Shown: positions 46,650 to 57,571 of the stretch, piece after piece
Layout of the letters: the number at the start of each line of letters is the position of its first letter
How positions within the stretch are numbered: position 1 is the stretch's first letter
Assembly: GCA_045595285.1 (NCBI GenBank)
Contig: JAZOAC010000132.1
Location: 456-64,455, forward strand
Direction: 5' to 3'
Length of the DNA stretch: 64,000 nucleotides
Source: Kiritimatiellia bacterium
GTDB taxonomy: Bacteria; Verrucomicrobiota; Kiritimatiellia; RFP12; UBA1067
Made by a program: the position numbers and the translations under genes
Notes under the pieces: model-generated
What the model saw: only the letters and a program-made list of their open reading frames with translations
Told to the model about the DNA's origin: nothing
Databases searched by the model: none

Positions 46650-48515
46650 TCAGTTTTCGTTCGAGTGAAGTCCGCCGGAACCCGCCGTGAACACCACATT
46701 GGACTTGTCCGTCCCCGGCTGCAGCATTGCGCAGTTCCAGATGCACGCGCCGCAGTGGACGCACTTTTCGCGGTCGAACTTCGGCGGCTCACCGTCGTCG
46801 TCCGCAGGCATGAGAGCCTGGGCGCTGCAAATCTCGATGCACGTCTGCTTCGTGCACTTGCGGCAGAGGTCGGGATCTGCGAAACGGACATGGTCCGCGA
46901 ATCCCGGCGCCGCCTGTACCTTGCCGCCGATGAGCAGGGCGTCCTGATGCAGAAGCATAAGCTTTCCGTCGTACGGGATCTCAGGCCATCCGCATGCATC
47001 CATCACGGCGTCGTGAAGCGGCTTGCGCGCCTTCTTCGCTTCGCTCACGTTCTTCGCGAGCGCCTCTCGGTCGCACTTGCGTCCCTGCACGGCATCATAC
47101 AGTTCGGGGATGCGCTTCGCCGGCGGGACGGACTTGAAGATTCCGCCGAGGTGAAGGAGTCCTCCGGTCATTCCGCACAGGCCCTCGCCCACCATTCCCC
47201 AGAAGAACGACTTGTTGAACCCGGCACGGGCGTGCGTCGCCTTCTTGAGCCTGCGCCCAAGCCTGGACGAACGGCGTTCCGACACATATGTCGCCTCAAG
47301 ATTCTCCTTCGTGAAATCCTTGCCTTCGGAAAGGAGCTTGAGGACGTTCCTGGCGAGCATGGCACCCGACTCCCACGCCTCGTCGACACCGGCGTTCGCC
47401 AGACAGTCCGTCGTGCCAGAACCTTCTCCGATCCGCGCGAAACCGTCTCCGCAGAGGAACGGCTCTCCCTCCGTTCCTGACTCCTGAATCGACTTCGCGC
47501 CCCAGGAGACGAGCGTACCGCCCTCGATATGTCGCCAGATGTACGGGTGCATCATCCAATGCTGGAGATAGCGGTATGTCGTGCGGACAGGAGTATCCTG
47601 CCACGGGGCAACGAATATGCCCATTGACGCGGTGCGGTTCGGATGCACATAGAAGAAGCCGAAAATCTCAGGCTCGGGGAATCCAAGCGTGTGAATCACC
47701 GTTCCCGGCTCAAGAGTGCAGGATTCGGGAAGCTGTACGACGGCCTTCATGCCGACGCCCCAATCGTGGCGTGCATGGCCTTCAGGCAGGCCGAACCTCT
47801 CGTCAAGCACACGTCCCACCGCACCCACGGGGCCGTCGGCCACAACCGTCAGCGCCGCCTTCACGTCCATTCCGGGCATGTGGCAGTCGGTGGGCGTGCC
47901 ATCCTTCTCGACGCCTTGATCCGCCATGCGCACACCGACGACGCGGTCGCCATCGAAAAGAGGTTCGGCAACGGGGGAACCAGGCCAGATCTGCGCCATG
48001 CCGGTCTCCATCACCTTGCCTGCCGCCCAGCCCATGAAGGACCCCATGTTGAGCACGAGACCGCCGCGCTTGTCCATGAACGGCGGGGTGAAAGGAAGTT
48101 CGCGGGCGTTGAATTTGCCACCCTTCATGACAATACCGCCGGCCTTGAAGCAGGCATCGATGAACTTCGTGCCGACCGAACGCTTTGAGCATCCGAGATG
48201 GTCGAAGAGATATGCGGTCTCCTCACCGGAGACGTCGGCTGCGTTCGGAATCTCCTTTGCAAGATCTGCGCCGGGGAACGTGGCGCGGATGGCATCCGCC
48301 TTGGTCACGATTCCTGAAACGCCGAAACCCGTATCGTCGGCGCGTTCGTAGCACATCACCTGGAGAGGCATTCCCGGCATCACCTTCGACTCGTAGAGCG
48401 GAGTGCCGTCCTCCTTCGTCTTGGCAAGCTCAGGGGCGAGCGTGAGAAGAAATCCTGCGGAGGCAGGACCGAATCCCGTCACCACAATGTCTGTTTCCAT
48501 TACCTGACGGTCCAT
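46650..48515 (-). CDS. Electron-transfer flavoprotein:quinone oxidoreductase-like (FAD + 4Fe-4S)
   Basis: DIVVTGFGPAS; GMDVKAALTV; WGAKSIQE; C-terminal CxxC..CSAQA..CVHCGAC. Confidence 0.8.
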   Translation of the reverse strand: MDRQVMETDIVVTGFGPASAGFLLTLAPELAKTKEDGTPLYESKVMPGMPLQVMCYERADDTGFGVSGIVTKADAIRATFPGADLAKEIPNAADVSGEETAYLFDHLGCSKRSVGTKFIDACFKAGGIVMKGGKFNARELPFTPPFMDKRGGLVLNMGSFMGWAAGKVMETGMAQIWPGSPVAEPLFDGDRVVGVRMADQGVEKDGTPTDCHMPGMDVKAALTVVADGPVGAVGRVLDERFGLPEGHARHDWGVGMKAVVQLPESCTLEPGTVIHTLGFPEPEIFGFFYVHPNRTASMGIFVAPWQDTPVRTTYRYLQHWMMHPYIWRHIEGGTLVSWGAKSIQESGTEGEPFLCGDGFARIGEGSGTTDCLANAGVDEAWESGAMLARNVLKLLSEGKDFTKENLEATYVSERRSSRLGRRLKKATHARAGFNKSFFWGMVGEGLCGMTGGLLHLGGIFKSVPPAKRIPELYDAVQGRKCDREALAKNVSEAKKARKPLHDAVMDACGWPEIPYDGKLMLLHQDALLIGGKVQAAPGFADHVRFADPDLCRKCTKQTCIEICSAQALMPADDDGEPPKFDREKCVHCGACIWNCAMLQPGTDKSNVVFTAGSGGLHSNEN

Positions 48516-48541
48516 GTCCCGACCTCCTTCTGTGCAATCCG

Positions 48542-50038
48542 TTACGTACGGTAGTTAGGGGCTTCCTTGGTGATCGTGATGTCGTGCGGACGCGCCTCGC
48601 GCTGACCCGCCGCCGTCACGCGGTAGAACTTGCCGCGCTCCTGGAGCTCCTTGATCGTCTTCGTGCCGCAATAGCCGAGCGAAGCGCGGAGACCTCCGCA
48701 GAACTGCGTCATGATCGAACGGACATGGCCGGAATACGGCACCATTCCCTCGATGCCCTGCGGGACGAGATCATCCTCGGACTCGTTGTCCTGGAAATAG
48801 CGCGCGCGCGAGCCCTTGCCGTTCTTGAGAGCGGCCATGGAACCCATTCCGCGGTACACGACATACTGACGCCCGTTGGAGTAGATCTTCTCGCCCGGGC
48901 TTTCGTCCGTGCCGGCAAGGACGCTGCCGAGCATCACACTGTCCGCACCTGCCGCAATCGCCTTCGGAACGTCGCCGGAAAGCTTGATGCCGCCGTCCGC
49001 AATGACCGCCACCCCGGAACCGCGGAGGGCCTTGGCTGCCGAATAGACCGCAGTAAGCTGCGGAATACCCACGCCGCACACGACGCGCGTGGTGCAGATG
49101 GAACCGGGGCCTATGCCGACCTTGACGGCATGAGCGCCGGCCTTGGCGAGGGCGAGAGCCGCTTCGCCGGTGGCGATGTTGCCCGCAATCACATCCACCT
49201 TCGGGAAATGCTTCACGATGTACTTCGTCATTTCGACGATGCCCTTCGAGTGACCGTGCGCGGAATCGACCACAACGACATCAACGCCCGCCTCTGCAAG
49301 CTTCTCCATGCGGGAAAGGTCGCCCTTTCCGCCAGAGACGGAAGCGGATACGCGCAGACGGAACTGCTCGTCGCAGTTGTAGGTGGGGTTCTGATTCTCG
49401 ACCAGGCGCTGCACGTCCGTAAACGAGTAGAGCCCGACGATGCGCCCCTTCCTGTCGACGAGCGGGAGCTTGCCGATCTTGTTGGCGCGCATGATTTCAT
49501 AAGCCTTCTTGAGCGTGGTGCCGGGCTTTGCCGTGACCATGACCTTCTGCATGACATCGGAAAGCTTGCGGGCCTGCATCGGCGCGAAGCGCATGTCGGA
49601 CGCCGTTATCATTCCGACGAGACGATCCTCGTCATCAAGCACGGGGAAGCCGTTGAACTTCAGCCCCATGCGCTTCTTCTCGGAGCGGAGGAACGAAATA
49701 TCGTCGTTCGCATGGAAGCATACAGGGCTGGAAATGAGTCCGTTGAGATAGTTCTTGACCTTGGCCACCTCACGCGCCTGCTCTTCTTCCTCGAGATTCT
49801 TGTGGATGACGCCAATGCCGCCGGCGAGGGCCATGGCGATCGCCATCGGAGCCTCTGTGACCGTATCCATCGCCGCCGAGATGAACGGAATCTTCATCTT
49901 CTGGCGTGACGTGAGATTTGTTTCCAGGGATGCGTCGTCGGGAAGAAAATCGGCGTACTGGGTCACAAGCGTGACATCATCGTACGTAAGCCCCTCAAAC
50001 GGGAATGTCGCCATGAATTTATCAAGATATCTGTTCAT
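48542..50038 (-). CDS. guaB: IMP dehydrogenase
   Basis: [13 protein letters not shown] pair, [26 protein letters not shown] terminus. Confidence 0.97.
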   Translation of the reverse strand: MNRYLDKFMATFPFEGLTYDDVTLVTQYADFLPDDASLETNLTSRQKMKIPFISAAMDTVTEAPMAIAMALAGGIGVIHKNLEEEEQAREVAKVKNYLNGLISSPVCFHANDDISFLRSEKKRMGLKFNGFPVLDDEDRLVGMITASDMRFAPMQARKLSDVMQKVMVTAKPGTTLKKAYEIMRANKIGKLPLVDRKGRIVGLYSFTDVQRLVENQNPTYNCDEQFRLRVSASVSGGKGDLSRMEKLAEAGVDVVVVDSAHGHSKGIVEMTKYIVKHFPKVDVIAGNIATGEAALALAKAGAHAVKVGIGPGSICTTRVVCGVGIPQLTAVYSAAKALRGSGVAVIADGGIKLSGDVPKAIAAGADSVMLGSVLAGTDESPGEKIYSNGRQYVVYRGMGSMAALKNGKGSRARYFQDNESEDDLVPQGIEGMVPYSGHVRSIMTQFCGGLRASLGYCGTKTIKELQERGKFYRVTAAGQREARPHDITITKEAPNYRT

Positions 50039-50278
50039 TCTGCACCTTTTCCTTTTGCGTGCGCCCCACGGAACACACACGCCTTTAATCGAAATTGCGC
50101 CACATTATACCATAAAAAACGGCGCGATGCGAATCCTTCCGACACCAATCCTGTTTTATTGCATTTCCAAGGATCGTAATCCCGTTTTGACACCTATTGA
50201 TTCCAAATTACGCGCTCTGTCATTCTTTTCCGTCGCTGGTTTTCCACCAGCTTTTGAAACCGTGCCCGCCTTGATTGA

Positions 50279-51280
50279 TCAGCGGTCGCGCATCCCTTCG
50301 AACACGAGAGGGTTATGCGGAATTTGCGCAGGATCGAAAATGGCGGTCAGGGAATGAAGCTCAACCGGTTTTCGCTCAGGATTCACGCCAAGCGACCAGG
50401 CGAGATAGCCGACAATCTCCTCCGGGCGCATGCCCGCCTCCCTGAAAGACGAGATACGCGTATCGCCGTGACGTTTCGCCAGACGCCGCCCGTCAGCACC
50501 GACCACAAGCGGAACATGGAAGAATCTGGGTACCGGCAGACCAAGGGCACGGTAAAGAAGCATTTGCTGAGGTGTAGCCGGAAGCAGATCATCGCCGCGC
50601 ACGACCTCGGTGACCCCCATCGCCGCATCATCCACAACCACGGCTAGAGTATAGCCAGCGCCGTTCTCGTCCCGGGCGAGAGGGAAATCACCGAGTCTGG
50701 AGCTGACATCCATCTCATACCCGCCTGCGAACCCGTCATCAAACGACACCCTGGCATTTTCAGCCGCCCGAAACCTCCAGCACGGCAACCGTCGCGCTCC
50801 GTCCGCAGTCGGATCGGGATTGAGATGGGCATACGCCTCCTGCCAGGAAGCGAATCTATCCCGGCATGTTCCGGGATAATGGAGCTGGTCGCCTTCGTGC
50901 GGAGCGGATTGCGCCGCCTCCACATCTCTACGGGAACAGACGCAGGGATACGCGAGACCGTCCGTGTGGAGTTTGCGTATCGCCGCCGCATAGAGTTCCG
51001 TGCGGGAACTCTGCACATGCTCCTCGTCCCAGTCAAACCCCAGCCAACGCAGATCCTCAACTGCCTGAATCTCAGCGCCGGCCTTGTGTTTGGGATGATC
51101 GAGATCCTCCGTGCGGAGAATCAGTCTGCCGCCCGCCTGGCGCGCACGGAGCCATGCGACCATGAAGGTACGTACGTTACCAAGATGCAGCGCACCCGTA
51201 GGACTCGGCGCGAGCCGCCCAACATACGCGGATTTCGGTTCGCAAGAACAACCGCCTTCAACGGAGGCGATGCCGGACAT
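50279..51280 (-). CDS. gluQ: tRNA glutamyl-Q(34) synthetase GluQRS
   Basis: GRLAPSPTGALHLGN, LRTEDLD, CVCSRR, YPGTC, VVRGDDL, RLAKR. No anticodon domain. ATG overlaps the acrB stop. Confidence 0.9.
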   Translation of the reverse strand: MSGIASVEGGCSCEPKSAYVGRLAPSPTGALHLGNVRTFMVAWLRARQAGGRLILRTEDLDHPKHKAGAEIQAVEDLRWLGFDWDEEHVQSSRTELYAAAIRKLHTDGLAYPCVCSRRDVEAAQSAPHEGDQLHYPGTCRDRFASWQEAYAHLNPDPTADGARRLPCWRFRAAENARVSFDDGFAGGYEMDVSSRLGDFPLARDENGAGYTLAVVVDDAAMGVTEVVRGDDLLPATPQQMLLYRALGLPVPRFFHVPLVVGADGRRLAKRHGDTRISSFREAGMRPEEIVGYLAWSLGVNPERKPVELHSLTAIFDPAQIPHNPLVFEGMRDR

Positions 51281-54200
51281 CACTTTCTCCCGTCGCGCTT
51301 CACAAAATCGCGAAGACGCTGGAACACTGCATATAGAGACGGAACGAACACGATTCCCACGAACGTGGCGGCGAGCATTCCGCTGCATGTGCATATGCCA
51401 ATGGCCTTCATGGCGCCGGCACCAGCTCCGCTTGCGAATACGAGCGGAAGCACGCCGATTATGAAGCTCCATGCGGTCATCATCACAGCACGGAAGCGGA
51501 GATCGGCGCCTCGCACGGCGGCTTCGGTTACCGGGAGTCCGGATTCTCGCTCCTGCTTGGAGAACTCGACCATGAGAATGGCGTTCTTTGCAGCAAGGCC
51601 AATGAGCATCACGCATCCGAGCTGGGCATACACGGAAAGAGCGGTGCCGGTAAGCCACATGCCAAAGAATGCCCCGGCAAGGGCAAACATGACAGACAAC
51701 ATCACCGATACAGGCATAGTCCAGCTCTCATACTGCGCCACGAGGAACAGGTACGCAAAGATGAGCGCCGCCACCATAAGCCAGAAAAGACGGCCTTCGT
51801 TCTCCTTCTCCTGAAGCTGCACAGGACCCCATTCCACTATGTAACCTTTAGGCAGAGGCGTTTCTTCGATAAGCTTCATGATGACCGAGGACGGAACCCC
51901 CTCCTTAGGCATCACATCACACCATGCCGCCATCATCTTGTTGTAGCTCATCGTTTCGCGAGTGCCGCCGACGTACTCAACGGATCCTATGGACGAAAGC
52001 GGCACGGAACTGCCGTTCGAGGTCGGAATCCGGATGGAAAGGATGTCGTTCATGGACGTACGCTGATCGGGGTCGTTCTGCAGCTTAACCTCGTACACGC
52101 CGCCCTTGAGGTTAAAATCATTAACGTAATATGACGCAAGCTGGTTCTGTAGCGTGGAGAACACAACCTTCGGCGTAAGACCCAAAAGATCGGCCTTGCG
52201 CCTGTCCAGCTTCAGCTCAAGCTGCGGGGTAGAGGCGGTGAAGCCGTGCACCGCGCTTCGAACAAGGCTGTTCGTGCGCAAATGCTCGACGACCCCGTCG
52301 GCAACCTCAAGAAGCTCAAATGGCGTAACTCCGTCTATTGCGCAAAGGTTGAAGCCCACTCCGCTCGATCCTCCCAAGCCGCGAATCGCCGCCGGCTGAG
52401 TGAACACGTACTCTCCTGCATACAAGTCAGAAACCATGTCCTTGAGTTTGTCCATGATCCTGTCGATTCGCAGATCCGGAGAACTGCGCTTGTCCCAATG
52501 GTCAAGACGGAACCATATTACGGCCTGATTCTCGCCCGTGCCCCATAGGTTGCTTTTCCCGCAGGTGGAAGATGTAGAGGCGATTCCGGGCATGTTCGCC
52601 GCACGCTCGTGTATCTCATCCACGATGGCGATGATCCGCTCCATGGACTGGCCTTCCGATAGGCGGATGTTGAGTCCTATGTAGCCTCTGTCCTCCTTGG
52701 GGAGGAAGGCGGTAGGCACCTTTCCGGTCAGGCACCATAGTGCAGCCACGCAACCGGCAAAAAGCAGCAGAGTGAGAACTACGCGGCGCACGAAGAATCC
52801 GACAAACTTGAGGTATGTTTTTCGACTCGTCTCAAGAGTCCAGTTGAACGGCGCAAGAAGGATGCGGCGCCTGTCGGGATCGGGCTTTTTCAGCAGATAT
52901 GCGCACAGAACAGGCGAGAGCACGATTGCAACGACCGTGGAAAGGCAGAGCGACACGCACATCGTAACGGCGAACTGCACATACATCATGCCCACCATGC
53001 CGCCGTAGAACGCCAGCGGAAGGTAGCATGCGAGCGTCACAAGCGTCGTCGCTATAATGGCGCCTGTGATCTGCGACATGGATTTAGCCGCCGCCTCTTT
53101 TGCGGAAAGCCCTTCGCGCTCCATAAGGGCCTGGGTGTTTTCGACGACGACGATGGCGTCGTCCACAAGAGATCCGATAACCAGGATCAACCCGAACATC
53201 GTCAGGACGTTTATCGTAAAACCGAACATGTACATGAACGTAAACGTTCCGACGAGGGACACGGGAATGGCGATCGCGGGAACAAACGTCGCACGGACAT
53301 CCTGCATGAAGAGGTATGTGATGGCGACGACAAGCAGAAGCGCGACGATGAGAGTCACGAAGGTCTCCTTCAGGAACACCTTCGTGAACGCGGTGGTGTC
53401 GTCAGCCAGCACGCCGACGACGCCCGCAGGCATTCGCTTGATCCACTTGTCGATCTCCAGCTTCACGCGCTCTGCCGTCGCCACGGCATTCGCCTCGGGA
53501 GTCTTGTACACGGAAAGCGACACGGCGGGGTTTTCGTTGAACCGTGTGCGGACCGTGTATCCCTTGCAGCCAAGCTCCACGCGGGCGATGTCCTTGATCC
53601 GAACCTGCGCGCCGGTGTCGGGGTTCGTGCGCACGATGATGTTCTCGAACTCCTCCTTCGTGGCAAGGCGCCCCTTCACGTTCAGCTTGAAGGTAAGGTA
53701 CTTGTTGGCGTATTCTCCGCCGATCATTCCGGCGGCCGCCTGTATGTTCTGGGATTCGATCGCGGACTTGATCTCGGCAATGGAGACATTGAGTCCGGCA
53801 AGCCTTATCGGATCGAGCCAGATGCGCATGGAGTAGGTACGCCCGCCCGTCTCGACAAGCGCAACGCCGTCCATTCGCGCAATGGCATCCGCCAGCTGCT
53901 TTTCGACGAAATTGGACAGGCCCATTATGTCTATCTCGCGCCCGTCGGTCATGAACATGTACATGACCATTCGGTCCTCCGGACGCTTTTTCACGGTGAC
54001 GCCGCTCTGGGTCACCTCCATCGGCAGTTTCGGCTCGGCGCGCTTGACTGCGTTCTGCACGTTCACAAGCGCGATGTTGGACTGCACACCCGGTCTGAAC
54101 ACGCAGTAGCAGTTGTACAGCCCCTTGTCGTTGCAGTTCGATTTATAGTACCAGATGTCCTCCACACCGTTCAGCTGATCCTCTAGAACCTGCGCGACCG

Positions 54201-54417
54201 AATCGTTCAGCACCTTCGTGCTGGCACCGGTGTAGTTGGCGGTCACCGTGATGGTGACCGGCGTGACGTTCGGATACTCCGCGACCGCAAGGCGCATAAG
54301 ACTTATCGCGCCTATGAGCGTTATCACGATGGAAACCACCCATGCAAAGCGCGGGTGCGTAATGAAGAACCGGGACAGACTCGGATACTTCGCGGTCACA
54401 TCTTCAGCCGTGCTCAT
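51280..54417 (-). CDS. RND efflux permease (AcrB/HAE1 family)
   Basis: GSLVDDAIVVVEN, GLAAKNAILMVEF, LRFRAVMMT. Confidence 0.95.
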   Translation of the reverse strand: MSTAEDVTAKYPSLSRFFITHPRFAWVVSIVITLIGAISLMRLAVAEYPNVTPVTITVTANYTGASTKVLNDSVAQVLEDQLNGVEDIWYYKSNCNDKGLYNCYCVFRPGVQSNIALVNVQNAVKRAEPKLPMEVTQSGVTVKKRPEDRMVMYMFMTDGREIDIMGLSNFVEKQLADAIARMDGVALVETGGRTYSMRIWLDPIRLAGLNVSIAEIKSAIESQNIQAAAGMIGGEYANKYLTFKLNVKGRLATKEEFENIIVRTNPDTGAQVRIKDIARVELGCKGYTVRTRFNENPAVSLSVYKTPEANAVATAERVKLEIDKWIKRMPAGVVGVLADDTTAFTKVFLKETFVTLIVALLLVVAITYLFMQDVRATFVPAIAIPVSLVGTFTFMYMFGFTINVLTMFGLILVIGSLVDDAIVVVENTQALMEREGLSAKEAAAKSMSQITGAIIATTLVTLACYLPLAFYGGMVGMMYVQFAVTMCVSLCLSTVVAIVLSPVLCAYLLKKPDPDRRRILLAPFNWTLETSRKTYLKFVGFFVRRVVLTLLLFAGCVAALWCLTGKVPTAFLPKEDRGYIGLNIRLSEGQSMERIIAIVDEIHERAANMPGIASTSSTCGKSNLWGTGENQAVIWFRLDHWDKRSSPDLRIDRIMDKLKDMVSDLYAGEYVFTQPAAIRGLGGSSGVGFNLCAIDGVTPFELLEVADGVVEHLRTNSLVRSAVHGFTASTPQLELKLDRRKADLLGLTPKVVFSTLQNQLASYYVNDFNLKGGVYEVKLQNDPDQRTSMNDILSIRIPTSNGSSVPLSSIGSVEYVGGTRETMSYNKMMAAWCDVMPKEGVPSSVIMKLIEETPLPKGYIVEWGPVQLQEKENEGRLFWLMVAALIFAYLFLVAQYESWTMPVSVMLSVMFALAGAFFGMWLTGTALSVYAQLGCVMLIGLAAKNAILMVEFSKQERESGLPVTEAAVRGADLRFRAVMMTAWSFIIGVLPLVFASGAGAGAMKAIGICTCSGMLAATFVGIVFVPSLYAVFQRLRDFVKRDGRK

Positions 54418-55451
54418 TTCACCGCCTCAATCGTCATTCCGCGCTTGGCCTTGTGGGCGCCGTCCGCGACGATTCGCTCGCCAACCTTGACGCCCTTCTC
54501 GATCATGACCCAATCGCCCGAAAGGTCGCCACGGGCGACAGAGCGGCGCTCGGCGCGGTTCTCCCTGTCGAGAACCCATACGTATGGGCCCTGAATGTCC
54601 TGAAGAATGGCGGTGGGCGGCACGGCGGGACGCATCGCCCCCCTCTTGGACGCGAGGGTGACGCTTACCGTGCCCGCCGGACGGAGCAACCCCTCCTTGT
54701 TCTCGTACTGATAGTACACCTGAATCGTATCCGTCAACTGGTCCGCCGTGTTCTCCACATAGTCAAAGCTCCCATTCCCCGCATACTGAGTGCCGTTGGC
54801 AAGAAACACGGATGCGATGGACTCTTCGCGCAGGCGTCGACTCAATCCGCTGAACAGGTCGAGGAACTGACGGTTGGACACGGAAAAGCACACGCGGATC
54901 GGAGATATCTGGACGATTGTGACAAGCATGTTCTCACCAGCCCTCGCGTAGTTGCCGCGCGTCATGGTCGTGGAACCGATCTTTCCGGAGATTGGAGCGA
55001 CAATCGTGCAGTGGGCGAGGTTGTCCTTCGCCGATATCAAACTCGCCTGGGCCGCCGCATACGCAGCCCGCGAAGAGTCGCGCTGGGAAAGCGCGTTGTC
55101 GACGGCGTCAAGCGACACGGCACGCGTCTCAAGAAGCTTCTTGTGGCGGGCATACGAAAGCTCGGCGTACGAGAGGTTCGCCTTGCATTCGGCGAGCTTT
55201 GCCTCCGCGTTCTTGACGGCGGCGGAATACTTAATCGGATCCAGACGGTACAGGACATCACCCTCCTTCACCATCGCACCGTTCTCGAAACAGACCTCCA
55301 GAATCTCGCCCGAAACCTGCGGAACAACATTCACCTGAGCAATGGGAACGACACGCCCCGGATATGTGGAGACACTCATGTCCGGTCTCTCGACAACCTC
55401 ACATACAGGCAATGTAATCGATGCCGCCAACAATAAAAAAGAATGTATCAT
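54414..55451 (-). CDS. RND membrane fusion protein (AcrA family)
   Basis: PQVSGEI...VKEGDVLYRLD, TIVAPISG, GVKVGERIV. Confidence 0.92.
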   Translation of the reverse strand: MIHSFLLLAASITLPVCEVVERPDMSVSTYPGRVVPIAQVNVVPQVSGEILEVCFENGAMVKEGDVLYRLDPIKYSAAVKNAEAKLAECKANLSYAELSYARHKKLLETRAVSLDAVDNALSQRDSSRAAYAAAQASLISAKDNLAHCTIVAPISGKIGSTTMTRGNYARAGENMLVTIVQISPIRVCFSVSNRQFLDLFSGLSRRLREESIASVFLANGTQYAGNGSFDYVENTADQLTDTIQVYYQYENKEGLLRPAGTVSVTLASKRGAMRPAVPPTAILQDIQGPYVWVLDRENRAERRSVARGDLSGDWVMIEKGVKVGERIVADGAHKAKRGMTIEAVK

Positions 55452-55552
55452 TTTAACTCCTTAATTGACCCAAAATTATACCACATTCCGTAATCCATGG
55501 GCATTAAACGGAACAACCCCCTTTTCCCCCAGACAATCAATGCGAACTCATG

Positions 55553-56563
55553 TCATTTGACTGGCTTGGGAATATTGGCAAGAAGTCTTTTGAGATCCTG
55601 AACACGGTCTTTCGTGGCCACAAGCACTGAATCTTTCGTGGTGACGATAACAATGTCCTTCACACCTAGCGCCGCTATGTTCGCGCCTTCGGCGACGGCA
55701 ACAGAGTTCTCGCAGTCGAGGAGCGTGACCTCTCCGCGTATTGCATTCCTGCGCCCATCGGTCTTCAGGTGACGGTCTGCCGCCGTCCAAGTGCCGACAT
55801 CGTCCCAGCCGAAATCGCCTGACGTCACAAGCACATTGTCCGCCTTTTCCATCACAGCGTAGTCGAACGATATCTTCGGGAGATTCTCGTAGTCCTTTGG
55901 CGTGATGCCGACAAGCTGCGGCGCAAACCTCCGCAAGGCGGCATTCATCGTGGACACCTTCCACACGAACATTCCCGCGTTCCATACATACCTGCCGCTT
56001 TTGAGATACCTTTTCGCCGTCGCTTCATTCGGTTTCTCCACGAACCTTTCGGCGCGGGACACCTTCCCAAACGGTGACCCTACCTTTATGTATCCGAATC
56101 CCGTGGCTGGATACGTCGGCTTCACGCCCATCGTGACGATGTCGTTGGACGTTGCCGCCGCATCGGCCGCGAGCGAAAGTATCTTGCGGAACGCCTTTTC
56201 GTTCTTCATCAGATGGTCTGCGGTCAATATCGCAGCAACCGCGCTTTCGCCGCCCCGTCTGCCAATCTCGGTGCACGCCGTGGCGACCGCCGCCGCCGTG
56301 TCGCGCCTGCACGGTTCAAGAAGAACGTTCTTTCGCGGGATTTCGGGCAGTTCCCTGTATGTCGCCTTCGCAAGCGTCTTCGCCGTGACGATCAGGATGT
56401 TCTCCGCAGGAACGACACCCTTCAGGCGGTCCACGCTCTGCCGGATCAGCGACTTGCCGCCGAACACGGAAAGGAACTGCTTGGGATGCTCGGGCGTGGA
56501 AAGCGGCCAGAATCGTTCTCCGCTCCCGCCAGAAAGTATGGCGGCGTAAAAGTTTTTCTTCAT
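55553..56563 (-). CDS. manC: Mannose-1-phosphate guanylyltransferase (no PMI domain)
   Basis: ILSGGSGERFWPLS...PKQFL, EPCRRDTA, FVEKP, WNAGMF, ISFDYAVMEK, WDDVG. Confidence 0.92.
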   Translation of the reverse strand: MKKNFYAAILSGGSGERFWPLSTPEHPKQFLSVFGGKSLIRQSVDRLKGVVPAENILIVTAKTLAKATYRELPEIPRKNVLLEPCRRDTAAAVATACTEIGRRGGESAVAAILTADHLMKNEKAFRKILSLAADAAATSNDIVTMGVKPTYPATGFGYIKVGSPFGKVSRAERFVEKPNEATAKRYLKSGRYVWNAGMFVWKVSTMNAALRRFAPQLVGITPKDYENLPKISFDYAVMEKADNVLVTSGDFGWDDVGTWTAADRHLKTDGRRNAIRGEVTLLDCENSVAVAEGANIAALGVKDIVIVTTKDSVLVATKDRVQDLKRLLANIPKPVK

Positions 56564-56569
56564 GCCGAC

Positions 56570-56605
56570 ATTATACCACAACGCAGAGAATCACTATGGT
56601 ATAAT
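56570..56605. promoter_or_regulatory. Back-to-back TGGTATAAT elements for divergent manC and vsr
   Basis: Minus-strand TATAAT at 56570-56575, 6 nt before the manC ATG. Plus-strand TATAAT at 56600-56605. Confidence 0.6.
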
Positions 56606-56616
56606 CTGCGGTAATT

Positions 56617-57096
56617 GTGGACAGGATAACCCCAGAGCAGAGAAGCAGGATAATGAGTCGGATCAGAGGCAGGGACACCACGCCCGAAATTCTGGTGCGA
56701 CAACGCATCTTTGCCGCCGGTTGGCGGTTCAGGGTCTGCGACAAACGCTTTCTGGGCAAGCCGGACATCGTCGTCCCGAAGGCCCGAACAATCATCGATG
56801 TGCGCGGATGCTTTTGGCACCGTCACGGATGCGCAGACTCTACAATGCCGAGAAGCAACGTCAAGTTCTGGATGGAGAAATGGTCCAAAAATGTCAAGCG
56901 CGACAGGCGAAACGAGAAATCCTGGCAGGATGCGGGCTGGAACATCATCACAGTATGGGGCTGCGCGCTGGACGGTTTGAAACGCGAGCGCACACTTCTG
57001 CGGATATGCGAATGCCTGAACGCATGGGCGGAAGAAACTGCCGACGGTACGAAACGCATCCGACCACATCGGCTCACTCTGCCGCGCCTGCCGTGA
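56617..57096 (+). CDS. vsr: Very short patch repair endonuclease
   Basis: MDRITPEQRSRIMSRIRGRDTTPE, GKPDIV, GCFWHRH, FWMEK...NVKRD, VWGC. Confidence 0.92.
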   Translation: MDRITPEQRSRIMSRIRGRDTTPEILVRQRIFAAGWRFRVCDKRFLGKPDIVVPKARTIIDVRGCFWHRHGCADSTMPRSNVKFWMEKWSKNVKRDRRNEKSWQDAGWNIITVWGCALDGLKRERTLLRICECLNAWAEETADGTKRIRPHRLTLPRLP

Positions 57097-57571
57097 GTAA
57101 ATCCCGTTCACCCCTTCAGGAAACACGTTGGAACCGGGGTCTCCTTCAGCGCTGCACTCTTTGCCGCCGCACATTAGAGGGCCCGCACTCGATCGCCGCA
57201 ATAAATGGCGACCATCAGTTAAGACAAGACGGACAATAAATAGAAGTGTCAGCGAATAATGCAGTTGCGCCCAGTACCCAACGCCGCAAGCTGTCGATAT
57301 ATCCGGAATTCATAGCGCACCCATTCATTTAATTTTTTGTTATTAGCAAATAAGTTACAAAAAGATGCTGCCTGAATCCATTAATCATGAAACACGCAAA
57401 TGCCGAAAGGCGATTTGGCGACGCCCACCCCGACACTTGCTCCGAGGTGCAGTCGAAGACAAGATATGTCCAGCCCAAGATGCGGAATCTACAGACCACA
57501 CCATACCACGACAACGAAAGTCTCACGAAGTATGGTATAATTATCCGCAATATTCAGAGAAGGTGGTGAGG

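Noticed and set aside
50279-51658. 459-aa version of gluQ from the ORF track
   Set aside because: The extension overlaps acrB in another frame. The ATG at 51280 gives a normal GluQRS.
50279-55451. RND pump lacking TolC and coupled to gluQ
   Set aside because: Outer-membrane factors are often encoded elsewhere, and the coupling is probably just genome compaction.
57100-57360. Possible tRNA, riboswitch or ncRNA between vsr and lrp
   Set aside because: No cloverleaf, T-loop or riboswitch consensus could be recognised.
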